Shown here: one piece after another, positions 27,675 through 35,080 of the stretch
Position numbering within the stretch: the stretch's first letter is position 1
Layout of the letters: every line of letters starts with the position of its first letter
Source: a virus
Taxonomy: Duplodnaviria > Caudoviricetes
Reading direction: 5' to 3' (one strand)
Length of the DNA stretch: 43,125 nucleotides
IMG/VR virus record: IMGVR_UViG_3300033407_000041
Location: 1-43,125 of that record
Program-made: the position numbers and the translations under genes
Notes under the pieces: generated by a model
The model's input: the letters and a program-made list of their open reading frames with translations, nothing else
Database searches by the model: none
What the model was told of the DNA's origin: nothing

Positions 27675-27794
27675 ATGATTGACCAGAGTCACGAAGCATG
27701 GGATGATCGCCGCTCAGGGCTTGCGGACGAATGGGAGGTGGCGCTGTGGCAAACCTCGGGACGGGAAGTGATCCTACGAGCCACGCTTCCGTGA
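27675..27794 (+). CDS. 39-aa micro-ORF, candidate SOS-controlled antirepressor
   Basis: ATG 26 nt downstream of the SOS box; convergent with and overlapping the cI 3' end. Confidence 0.35.
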   Translation: MIDQSHEAWDDRRSGLADEWEVALWQTSGREVILRATLP

Positions 27795-28220
27795 TGGCCT
27801 CGTTGGACCGGACGTTGGCGAAGCTGATCTGGTGCCTGATCCTTGCGCGAGCTCTTCGACTAGACGGTCGACCACAGACTCGACACGCACGAGCTTCACG
27901 CGGGTCTCCGCGAGCTCCCGCTCAAGCACGCCGACCCTGTCCGTGACGTCCGCCAGGCGCTCCGCGAGCTGGTCGAGTCGCGTCTGCCCCTCATAGCGGT
28001 ACTCGCTCGGGTCTCCGCCGAGCACGTCCGCCAAAGCCTCGGCGCTCTCCCGCGTCGGGTTCACGCCGTCTTTGAGCCACTTGTAGATCTTCCGGCGCTC
28101 GTTCTCCACCGTAGCGTTGTTCGACGTCGGCGCTAGCTCGCGCGCAAGCTGGCGGATCGATCGGTCACCAAGTCTGTCCCGAATCGTCACCGCAGGGTCA
28201 GGACCAGTTTTCGTAGCCAC
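27774..28220 (-). CDS. CI-like repressor (XRE HTH plus coiled coil, no S24 peptidase domain)
   Basis: SIRQLAREL..IYKWLKDGVNPTRESAEALADVLG; divergent from the cro-like gene. Confidence 0.8.
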   Translation of the reverse strand: MATKTGPDPAVTIRDRLGDRSIRQLARELAPTSNNATVENERRKIYKWLKDGVNPTRESAEALADVLGGDPSEYRYEGQTRLDQLAERLADVTDRVGVLERELAETRVKLVRVESVVDRLVEELAQGSGTRSASPTSGPTRPSRKRGS

Positions 28221-28278
28221 GGGCGCATGTTCCCCGACCCGCGCTCGTCTGCCAAGGTGGCCTGCTTTAAGTCACTAC

Positions 28279-28306
28279 TTGACACATGCGGCTAGATGTG
28301 TATTAT
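28279..28306 (+). promoter_or_regulatory. Early lytic promoter with overlapping operator
   Basis: TTGACA-N16-TATTAT; inverted repeat ACACAT-N8-ATGTGT (28282-28301); GACACATG repeated at 28312. Confidence 0.8.
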
Positions 28307-28316
28307 CAGAAGACAC

Positions 28317-28568
28317 ATGGCGACGACAGTCGGACCAACACGGTTTAGCGAGCGGCTACGAACGCACCTTGACGACCAACGCATGGGCGTACGCACCCTC
28401 GCTCGCAAGATCGACCCAGTCCGTCTCGAGACCGTGAGGCGGAGCCTCCACAAGTACTTGAGCGGCGACGCTGTCCCGCACCGGCCGATGCGCGTTGCCA
28501 TCGCGGACGCGCTCGGCGTTGACCGCGAAGAGTTCCTCGCGGACGACGACGCAGAGGAGGACGCCTAG
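28317..28568 (+). CDS. Cro-like XRE HTH regulator
   Basis: FSERLR..MGVRTLARKI..LHKYLSGDAVP..IADALGV; first gene of the rightward operon. Confidence 0.8.
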   Translation: MATTVGPTRFSERLRTHLDDQRMGVRTLARKIDPVRLETVRRSLHKYLSGDAVPHRPMRVAIADALGVDREEFLADDDAEEDA

Positions 28569-28570
28569 CC

Positions 28571-28663
28571 ATGCTCGCCGACCTACGACACATGACGCTC
28601 GCCGACGCGCTCCACATGCTCGCCACCCTCGCCCGCCAAACCCGCGACAAGGAGCAGTCGTGA
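28571..28663 (+). CDS. 30-aa micro-ORF
   Basis: MLADLRHMTLADALHMLATLARQTRDKEQS; SD upstream; GTGA coupling to the parB-like gene. Confidence 0.5.
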   Translation: MLADLRHMTLADALHMLATLARQTRDKEQS

Positions 28664-29598
28664 AGGTCGCGGTCGACAAGATCAAGATCGGCGACCGCTG
28701 GCGCGACGAACCCGGCGACGTCGCCGAACTAGCACAGAGCATCCACGACCACGGACTGCTGCAGGCGATCGCGGTGGACGACGCGCTCAACCTCATCGCC
28801 GGCCAGCGCCGCCTTGAGGCGGTCAAACAACTCGGGTGGACACACGTTGATGTCCGCAAGATCGGGGAACGCTCGCAGCTGGAGCGGCGCCAGGCCGAGC
28901 TGGAGGAGAACATCCGGCGCAGCGACTTCACCGCCGCACAGCGCGCTCGCGCGACGGCCGAGCTCGCCGAGATGCTCCGCCTAACCCTCGGCGACTCGCC
29001 GAGGGTTACCGACGAACCAGAGGGCACAGAGGACTTCTGCGCAGACTCTGCGCGGGTTTCTGATCGGCCCGCTCACCGTCCCCCGGATCCGACTTCCACG
29101 CGGCAGGTTGCCCACGGATCGTCACCTGGCCCGGCCCCAGATCCACAGTCGGACGTGCAAGTTGCGGCGGCGATTGGCATCTCCCCTCGCACCCTCAATC
29201 GTCGAGAGCGTCTCGCGAAGGCGCTCGATTGCTACCCCGAGCTGGAGACAGCTCCAGAGGACGCCGCGCTGAAGATCGCCGCCGACCTCGACGCGCTCCC
29301 TCCCGGCGAGCGCGACCGCAAACGCGACGAGCTTCGAGCGACGGTCGCAGCAGACGTGAAAGAGAAGGCCCGGCAGCTCAAACAGATGATGTCGCTGCCG
29401 CCGGTCTACGCAGCGTACGGCAAGGCGCGCGGCCTGATCCTGAGGACGATCAAACTCGACGACCTCAACGAGGAATGGACCGCCGATCAGCAGCAGGAAA
29501 TCCTTTTCTCCGCGCCGCTGATGATCGAACGCCTCCAAAGGCTGATCCAGCACGTGGAAGGCAACAAACAACTTCGAGTCGTCAAAGGAGGCCAGTAA
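28660..29598 (+). CDS. ParB N-terminal domain plus HTH protein
   Basis: ELAQSI..HGLLQAIAV..LIAGQRRLEA..LGW, ELEENIRR; HTH VQVAAAIGISPRTLNR. Confidence 0.85.
   Translation: MKVAVDKIKIGDRWRDEPGDVAELAQSIHDHGLLQAIAVDDALNLIAGQRRLEAVKQLGWTHVDVRKIGERSQLERRQAELEENIRRSDFTAAQRARATAELAEMLRLTLGDSPRVTDEPEGTEDFCADSARVSDRPAHRPPDPTSTRQVAHGSSPGPAPDPQSDVQVAAAIGISPRTLNRRERLAKALDCYPELETAPEDAALKIAADLDALPPGERDRKRDELRATVAADVKEKARQLKQMMSLPPVYAAYGKARGLILRTIKLDDLNEEWTADQQQEILFSAPLMIERLQRLIQHVEGNKQLRVVKGGQ
28982..29008. repeat. Perfect 27-bp palindrome inside the parB-like gene
   Basis: TAACCCTCGGCGA-C-TCGCCGAGGGTTA; a second, GCGCAGA-C-TCTGCGC, at 29039-29053. Confidence 0.9.
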
Positions 29599-30062
29599 TG
29601 CCGATGAGCGCCGAATTCCGGGACGCCGTCATGTCAGCACACGAGACGCTGAAGGAGGAGGGGCGGCCGTCGGGTGCACCTCACGTCGAGCGGCACATCA
29701 GATATGAGCAGCCGTTCGAGATCGAGGAAGAGGACGAAGACTGCCTCTTCGACACCGGCTACCGGACGCAGGTTGGCCGCATTCTACGGAACGTGAGGAG
29801 CGCGAGAGGCGAACGGCTGATCGTCTCGGCCTCTGTCGACGGTGAACAGAGCTACGTCTTCGTTCAGGGCGTCCTTTTCGAACAGGCCCTCGACATTCGC
29901 GACCGGATCGCGTCGAGCGTTGACACGTACTCTGTCCAGCTTCGCTCTTGGAATGAGATCGTGACGCGCCTACGCGTGAGCCCAGGCGCCACCGTCGGCG
30001 ATCTCTTCCCGACAGAGGCCTCCTGGGACGACTTCTGGACAGCAATGAGGGAGGCCGCATGA
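29598..30062 (+). CDS. Hypothetical protein coupled to the parB-like gene
   Basis: TAATG coupling, SD aaggagg. Confidence 0.75.
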   Translation: MPMSAEFRDAVMSAHETLKEEGRPSGAPHVERHIRYEQPFEIEEEDEDCLFDTGYRTQVGRILRNVRSARGERLIVSASVDGEQSYVFVQGVLFEQALDIRDRIASSVDTYSVQLRSWNEIVTRLRVSPGATVGDLFPTEASWDDFWTAMREAA

Positions 30063-30454
30063 GCATGCTCACGCACTGCCCAAGAGACAAGGGCTTCCAC
30101 GAGGAGCTTCGAGCGCTGTGCGATGGCCTTGAGGCCCAGGACACTTGGGACGACGAGTTCCGTCAACGCGCGCTCCGCGAAGCGCAGCTGCGCGACGTCC
30201 TCTCTCGTCGATGCCGGCAGCTCTCCGAGGAGATCGAGACTCATATGGAGACGGCTCTCGGTCAGCTACAGGCAGAGGGGCACTCCCACGCGCTAACGGA
30301 AGACGACCTCGCGGAGCGTGTTCGGCTCATCCCTGGCTACCAGGAGGCCGCCCAGGAGTGTGCCGAGTTGGAGGTCTACCTCAGCACGCGTCTGTACTGC
30401 GAGGCGCTGCTGCTCGGGATCGAAGACTTCGTGGCCTGGCCAGAGAGCAACTGA
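30059..30454 (+). CDS. Hypothetical protein
   Basis: ATGA coupling, SD ggagg. Confidence 0.7.
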   Translation: MSMLTHCPRDKGFHEELRALCDGLEAQDTWDDEFRQRALREAQLRDVLSRRCRQLSEEIETHMETALGQLQAEGHSHALTEDDLAERVRLIPGYQEAAQECAELEVYLSTRLYCEALLLGIEDFVAWPESN

Positions 30455-30464
30455 AAGAGAACCA

Positions 30465-30504
30465 GGCCGCCCGGCCCGTCACAGCGACGAGGGACCGGAC
30501 GGCC
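30465..30504. terminator. Intergenic GC-rich hairpin (possible minus-strand terminator)
   Basis: GGCCG-c-CCGG-CCC-GTC acagc GAC-ga-GGG-a-CCGG-a-CGGCC, preceded by aaagagaa (U-rich on the minus strand). Confidence 0.45.
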
Positions 30505-30522
30505 CAACGAAACGGAGGATAC

Positions 30523-30747
30523 ATGACCGCCAGCGACTACATCACGGCTTGTGGATTCACAGACGAGGAGATGCGAGAGGATCTGCACCAATACCTCACC
30601 GACGCCGTGGATACAAGAATCAAGTACGCGCGGGAAGTGGCCATCCAGGAGTGGGCTTCGGACATCTGGTGTAACCAGCCGGCCGAGGAGATCGAGGGCA
30701 TCACCGCGGAAGACTTTGCCGCCTACGCGAAGGGACTGGCGACATGA
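30523..30747 (+). CDS. Acidic hypothetical protein
   Basis: SD ggagga; ATGA coupling downstream. Confidence 0.7.
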   Translation: MTASDYITACGFTDEEMREDLHQYLTDAVDTRIKYAREVAIQEWASDIWCNQPAEEIEGITAEDFAAYAKGLAT

Positions 30748-30998
30748 CCATGCGAGACGACCTACAAGCAGTGATGGAAGCCGCGGACGACGCAGCCACC
30801 ACCGTCGACAGGCTGAAACGAACGGAGCAATATCGCGCGGTTCGGCACCCCGCGGGCAGTGATATGCGTCGAGCGATCGATCGGAACGAGACCGCGCTCG
30901 CGATCATCGAATACCACATGCGCGAAGCAGCCGCGGAAGCATGCGCGGTGCTAGGCGACCGTGAGCGGCTCCCCGTGGTTGAGGGCGTGGCGTCGTGA
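30744..30998 (+). CDS. Hypothetical protein
   Basis: Coupled on both sides. Confidence 0.65.
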   Translation: MTMRDDLQAVMEAADDAATTVDRLKRTEQYRAVRHPAGSDMRRAIDRNETALAIIEYHMREAAAEACAVLGDRERLPVVEGVAS

Positions 30999-31804
30999 AC
31001 GAGATCGCGACCAGGCCGCCGAGTCGTGACGAGCTCGCGGTGCTCGCGGATCAGGCGCGAGCCGTCGTCGACACCGAATTCGTGCCGCGCGGATTGCGCG
31101 GGAATCTGCCGGCCGTGTACGCGTGCGTCCTCGCCGGCCGCGAGCTCGGCCTCGGCCCCATGGAGAGCCTACGGAAGCTCCACATGATCGACGGCCGCCC
31201 CTCGATGAGCGCGGAAGGGATGGTCGGACTAGCCCGCCGCGCCGGCCACAGCATCGACGGCGACATCGGCCCCGACTCGGCAACAGTGAAGGGCACACGC
31301 GCGGACACCGGCGACACGATGACCGTGACGTGGACATTGGAGATGGCGAAGGCAGCTGGGCTCGTCGGGAAGGACAACTGGAAACGCTACCCGCAAGCGA
31401 TGCTATGGGCCAGGGCCGCGTCTCAGTTGTGCCGCATGCTGTTCCCCGATGTCGTTACATCAGTTGGGCACACGCCGGACGAGCTCGAACTGAGCCCCGA
31501 GGATCGCGTTGTTGACGCGCTCGAGAGCCTGCCTGCGCCTGGTGATCCTGCGGACGTGATCGAGACGCCCGACCCCGAGCCCGTCCCTGAGCCTGAGCCC
31601 GAGGTTGAGGCGGACCCGGCGAGCGTGATCGAGCCGACGGTGCTCGAGGCGAACGCGCGCGAGGGCGACGATCCGTACGGAGTCGAGGCCGACGCCGATC
31701 ACGAGGTTGAGCGGCTCGCCAACGAGTACGAACAGATCGTCGCCGAAGACGGCGAGCAAGCCAGCTTCGTCGCGCCAGCCGGCGCATACCGGGAGGACAA
31801 ATGA
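30995..31804 (+). CDS. recT: RecT-like single-strand annealing protein
   Basis: VPRGLRGN..GRELGLGPMESL..IDGRP; NWKRYPQAML.ARA..CR..FPDV; acidic tail. Confidence 0.8.
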   Translation: MNEIATRPPSRDELAVLADQARAVVDTEFVPRGLRGNLPAVYACVLAGRELGLGPMESLRKLHMIDGRPSMSAEGMVGLARRAGHSIDGDIGPDSATVKGTRADTGDTMTVTWTLEMAKAAGLVGKDNWKRYPQAMLWARAASQLCRMLFPDVVTSVGHTPDELELSPEDRVVDALESLPAPGDPADVIETPDPEPVPEPEPEVEADPASVIEPTVLEANAREGDDPYGVEADADHEVERLANEYEQIVAEDGEQASFVAPAGAYREDK

Positions 31805-32025
31805 GCATCTACATAAACGTTTTTCATGTGCCGCGACACCAGTACGACGCGCTGCAGGGAGAAGTCCAACGCGCGGAAAAAACGACCACGGAATGGAAAG
31901 AGATCATGCTAGGCGATCTCCGAATAACCGTGTTCCCGGAGGACGAGATCGACCGTGAGGCCAAGATTTCCGACGAGCGCAGGCTTGTCCACAAGCACAT
32001 AGCGCCCGTGGGGGTCTCGTCATGA
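31801..32025 (+). CDS. Hypothetical protein
   Basis: ATGA coupling, SD ggagga. Confidence 0.65.
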   Translation: MSIYINVFHVPRHQYDALQGEVQRAEKTTTEWKEIMLGDLRITVFPEDEIDREAKISDERRLVHKHIAPVGVSS

Positions 32026-32264
32026 ACGAGTCCAGCAACCACGTGTGCGCGTGCGGGACAACCTGGTACCTCGTTCACCCGCACGACTCGGCCTGGTACA
32101 TCCAGAGGTGGGTCGCGCACGATCCGACCGTCGAACCAGGCACACGACTCGCCGAGAAGGGCGACTACTGCGAGCAGCCGCTCGTCGAGAACCCGAGCTA
32201 CGAGAGCAACGACGACTGGTGCGGCGAGCTGCTGCCGTTCGCGTCCGTGAAGGAGGTGGCGTAG
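32022..32264 (+). CDS. Small Cys-containing protein
   Basis: CACG..C..CG; coupled. Confidence 0.6.
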   Translation: MNESSNHVCACGTTWYLVHPHDSAWYIQRWVAHDPTVEPGTRLAEKGDYCEQPLVENPSYESNDDWCGELLPFASVKEVA

Positions 32265-32411
32265 ATGGCCCTCAGATGGGACGACGGCACTCGCGAGACA
32301 CGCGCGCCGCACTCGAAGAACAGGGCCCGTTTGGAGGCGCTGCTGCTGTCGCTCGCGCTGCTCGGGGCCCTGTTCTTGACAGCGTTTATCGGAGGAAAGG
32401 GAGGACTGTGA
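32265..32411 (+). CDS. 48-aa single-TM membrane protein
   Basis: SD aaggagg; manual translation MALRWDDG...LLLSLALLGALFLTAFIGG; TGATG coupling. Confidence 0.6.
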   Translation: MALRWDDGTRETRAPHSKNRARLEALLLSLALLGALFLTAFIGGKGGL

Positions 32412-32752
32412 TGACCGACAATCAACCTGTTTTGGAGAAGGACGGCTTCCCAGCAGACGGGTCGGAGCCTCCCGGTAGGCGCGCCAAGGCGAAGACGGAA
32501 CCGGAGAATGGTGGGTCGCGTCGCGCGTACCTCGTGTTCGATTTTGATGATACCGCGGAGCTCAATCTAACGCAGGTCGGCACAGTGGTCGCGAGCAGCG
32601 CCGACCAAGCGATCCGAAAACACCTCCTCGACGCCCACGAGCGGAACGAAACCAAGGTGCCGAAGCGTATGTGCGCGATCGCCGCGAGCGCTATTCACAC
32701 GAGGACGATTGAAATGGAACGACCCGAGCCGAGAGTGAAGCTGACGGCATGA
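32411..32752 (+). CDS. Hypothetical protein
   Basis: SD ggagga; ATGA coupling to the nuclease gene. Confidence 0.65.
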   Translation: MTDNQPVLEKDGFPADGSEPPGRRAKAKTEPENGGSRRAYLVFDFDDTAELNLTQVGTVVASSADQAIRKHLLDAHERNETKVPKRMCAIAASAIHTRTIEMERPEPRVKLTA

Positions 32753-33708
32753 GCTCGGTCACGTTCATCCAGACCGACGCTCGCCTCAGCGAGACGGCTC
32801 GCTGCGCCAGGATCACGCACCTCCGCATGAATGGCGCCGAGGGCGCGGAGCCGGACCAGCAGACGCAGCGGTACTTCCGGCGCGGCCACCTGTTCGAATC
32901 GTACGTGCGTGACCAGCTTGTTGAGCGGTTCAGCGAGGACGATGTCGAGGAGCAGCGGGACATCAACTGGCCGCTCGGTGTCGGGCACGCCGACCTGTTT
33001 GTCCGCAGCGAGCGGCTGCTCATCGAGGTCGTCTCAACCGTCTCGCCAAGCCCCAAGATGCTCGGCTGGAAGATCGAACAACTCAAGCAGTACCTGCACT
33101 ATGACCCTGAGGCGGAGCATGGGGCCGTCTACGTGATCAACCCGAGTAGCCTCGACGGCGAGCAGATCCTCCCGGTCACGCTGACCGACGAGGACCGGGA
33201 CAGGATCACGACGCGGGTCGCGATGCTCGACACCGGTGAACTACCCGACAGGGTCTGCCGGCGGCCGAGTGACGCTCGCTCGATGATGTGCCCGTTCAGT
33301 GTGGAGTGCTTCGATGGCTGGCAGGCGACACCGCTGGAGGAGTTTGGCGAGGAACTCGACGGCGCCGTCGCCGAGCTGGAACGCGCCGAGGATAGCTACC
33401 GAACGGCGAATGCGAACCTCAAGGAGATCAAGAAGGAACGCGACCAGGCGAGGCGGATGGTTCGCGAGTACGTCGACCTCGACCGGGAGTACGTGAGCAG
33501 CGATGGCGTCCGTGTCAAGGTGATCGAGATCCAGCGGACCAGCTACGACATTGATACCGCGATCGAGACCAGCGTCGTCGACGCTGCCCTCGTCGAGCCG
33601 TTCAAGACGACCGGGAACCCGCACGAGCGCTGGTACGTGAAACGCCTACGCGAGCAGCCGAGCGTCAGTGTCGAAGACTTCGACTACGGCGAGGAGGCTC
33701 CGTTCTGA
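32749..33708 (+). CDS. Cas4/RecB-like PD-(D/E)XK exonuclease (RecE-like partner of RecT)
   Basis: RC, RGH..E, GHAD, IEV, QLKQY, C..CPF..EC. Confidence 0.75.
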   Translation: MSSVTFIQTDARLSETARCARITHLRMNGAEGAEPDQQTQRYFRRGHLFESYVRDQLVERFSEDDVEEQRDINWPLGVGHADLFVRSERLLIEVVSTVSPSPKMLGWKIEQLKQYLHYDPEAEHGAVYVINPSSLDGEQILPVTLTDEDRDRITTRVAMLDTGELPDRVCRRPSDARSMMCPFSVECFDGWQATPLEEFGEELDGAVAELERAEDSYRTANANLKEIKKERDQARRMVREYVDLDREYVSSDGVRVKVIEIQRTSYDIDTAIETSVVDAALVEPFKTTGNPHERWYVKRLREQPSVSVEDFDYGEEAPF

Positions 33709-34046
33709 TGGACCCGGAACTGAAAGCCAAGTGGCTTCGCGCGCTCCGCTCAGGACGCTACAAGCAGATCCGCGGCTGGCTCACCAGCCGATCCGCCACG
33801 ACACCGGGTCAGCCGAAAGCGACCGAGGACTCTTTCTGCTGCCTCGGTGTGCTCGCGAAAGTCAGCCGCGAGAAATGGGAGACCAGAGGCGGGGCGGCAT
33901 CCGCATGGGTACCCGTGGGCAGCTGCCCATACTTGTACCGCGCCGGTGACGAGCTCACCCCCGACGAGGCGGGGACCCTCAGCAACATGAACGACGACGG
34001 CAGATCGTTCCGTGAGATCGCCGATTGGATCGAGACGAACCTGTGA
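33708..34046 (+). CDS. Conserved phage protein (ALRSG.Y.Q...CCLGV...ND...F.EIAD.IE family)
   Basis: Recognisable widespread phage motif set; TGATG coupling. Confidence 0.75.
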   Translation: MDPELKAKWLRALRSGRYKQIRGWLTSRSATTPGQPKATEDSFCCLGVLAKVSREKWETRGGAASAWVPVGSCPYLYRAGDELTPDEAGTLSNMNDDGRSFREIADWIETNL

Positions 34047-34258
34047 GCGCCCTCAACGACCAGTCGATACGTGTGCTAGAGGCCGCGGGAGCCTGGCTGA
34101 TCCAGTGGGGCTGCGAGCTCACGGACCGCGCGTGGCACATGCGGCAGCGCAGAGGCACCACAGAGGATCAGCTGAAGATCGCAAAGTTCTGGGCCGCGTA
34201 CGACAGGGCCATGGCCAGGATCCAGGCCGACATCGACATTGACGCGGAGCCGAGATGA
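34043..34258 (+). CDS. Hypothetical protein
   Basis: GTGA and ATGA coupling. Confidence 0.6.
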   Translation: MSALNDQSIRVLEAAGAWLIQWGCELTDRAWHMRQRRGTTEDQLKIAKFWAAYDRAMARIQADIDIDAEPR

Positions 34259-34464
34259 CAGTCGAGCTTGTCGATCGGGAGAGGCTGCTGCGCGTCCTGC
34301 AGAGCAAGGCTACGCACTGCCTGGAAGAGGCCGACCGGGTGCGGGCCGAGTACGACGACCCGCCGCCCGATAGTGAAGAGGGCCGCCAGGTTGAGGCGCT
34401 CGAGGCGCACTACGCGGGACTCGCCGACGCGATCAAGACAGTCAGGGAAGCGGGGCCGAGATGA
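34255..34464 (+). CDS. Hypothetical protein flanked by 21-bp direct repeats
   Basis: ATGA coupling on both sides. Confidence 0.65.
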   Translation: MTVELVDRERLLRVLQSKATHCLEEADRVRAEYDDPPPDSEEGRQVEALEAHYAGLADAIKTVREAGPR

Positions 34465-34715
34465 CAGTCGCGTTGATTGTGCTCGCTCTCGCGGTTTGGG
34501 TGTTGCTGTTCGTGGTCGCGCTCGCTCGTAGTGCGGCGCGTGGTGACCGCGCGTGGGACAGGGCCGTCGAGGAGCGCCGCCAGGAGCGTTGGCGCGCGCA
34601 CCATAAAGCCTGGCTGACCGACATGGATCACCACGCGCGCATGGGGCGCGAGCATCACGCGCGCATGGAACGCGAGCTCCGCGACCTGATCAGCAAGCGT
34701 GAGGACGCCGCGTGA
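34461..34715 (+). CDS. Single-TM membrane protein
   Basis: N-terminal hydrophobic helix; HHARM repeat. Confidence 0.65.
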   Translation: MTVALIVLALAVWVLLFVVALARSAARGDRAWDRAVEERRQERWRAHHKAWLTDMDHHARMGREHHARMERELRDLISKREDAA

Positions 34716-35080
34716 TGTGCATGATCGAAGACTCCGAGCCGTTCGATGTCTGGTTGAGGGACGAGATCGTCGCACGACGACTCTGGGCATGTGTCGAATG
34801 CGCTGCCTCGATCGAGCCTGGCGAGCCGTATGTCCGCTACAAGAGCCTCTACGAGGGGCGGTGGGACAGATACCCGACGTGCCGAGCGTGCGACGACGGC
34901 CCCATCTGGTGGCTACGCGAGCACTGCAACGGCTGGTGCCCCCGCGGCGTAGAACAAGACCTCCGCGACCACTGGGACGACGGCTACCCGCTGCCCGGCG
35001 AGGGCCGCCTCGACCTCGGACGGCTCATCGTTGGAATGCGCCAGCGGCGCACCGGACAACGAACGGCGGCCGGCGCGTGA
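34712..35080 (+). CDS. Zn-finger protein
   Basis: ARR..CVEC...IEPGE.Y...CRAC. Confidence 0.7.
   Translation: MMCMIEDSEPFDVWLRDEIVARRLWACVECAASIEPGEPYVRYKSLYEGRWDRYPTCRACDDGPIWWLREHCNGWCPRGVEQDLRDHWDDGYPLPGEGRLDLGRLIVGMRQRRTGQRTAAGA

Noticed and set aside
28277-28312. dif-like site on the minus strand (GATAAT...TGTCAAGT)
   Set aside because: Arm spacing is about 15 nt rather than 6; fully explained by the -35/-10 promoter boxes
30051-30062. Many early proteins end in EAA/AA, like ssrA degrons
   Set aside because: Explained by GGAGG-SD plus ATGA overlap constraints
32749-33708. Cas4 as evidence of a CRISPR system
   Set aside because: No repeat-spacer array or other cas genes; context is RecT recombination
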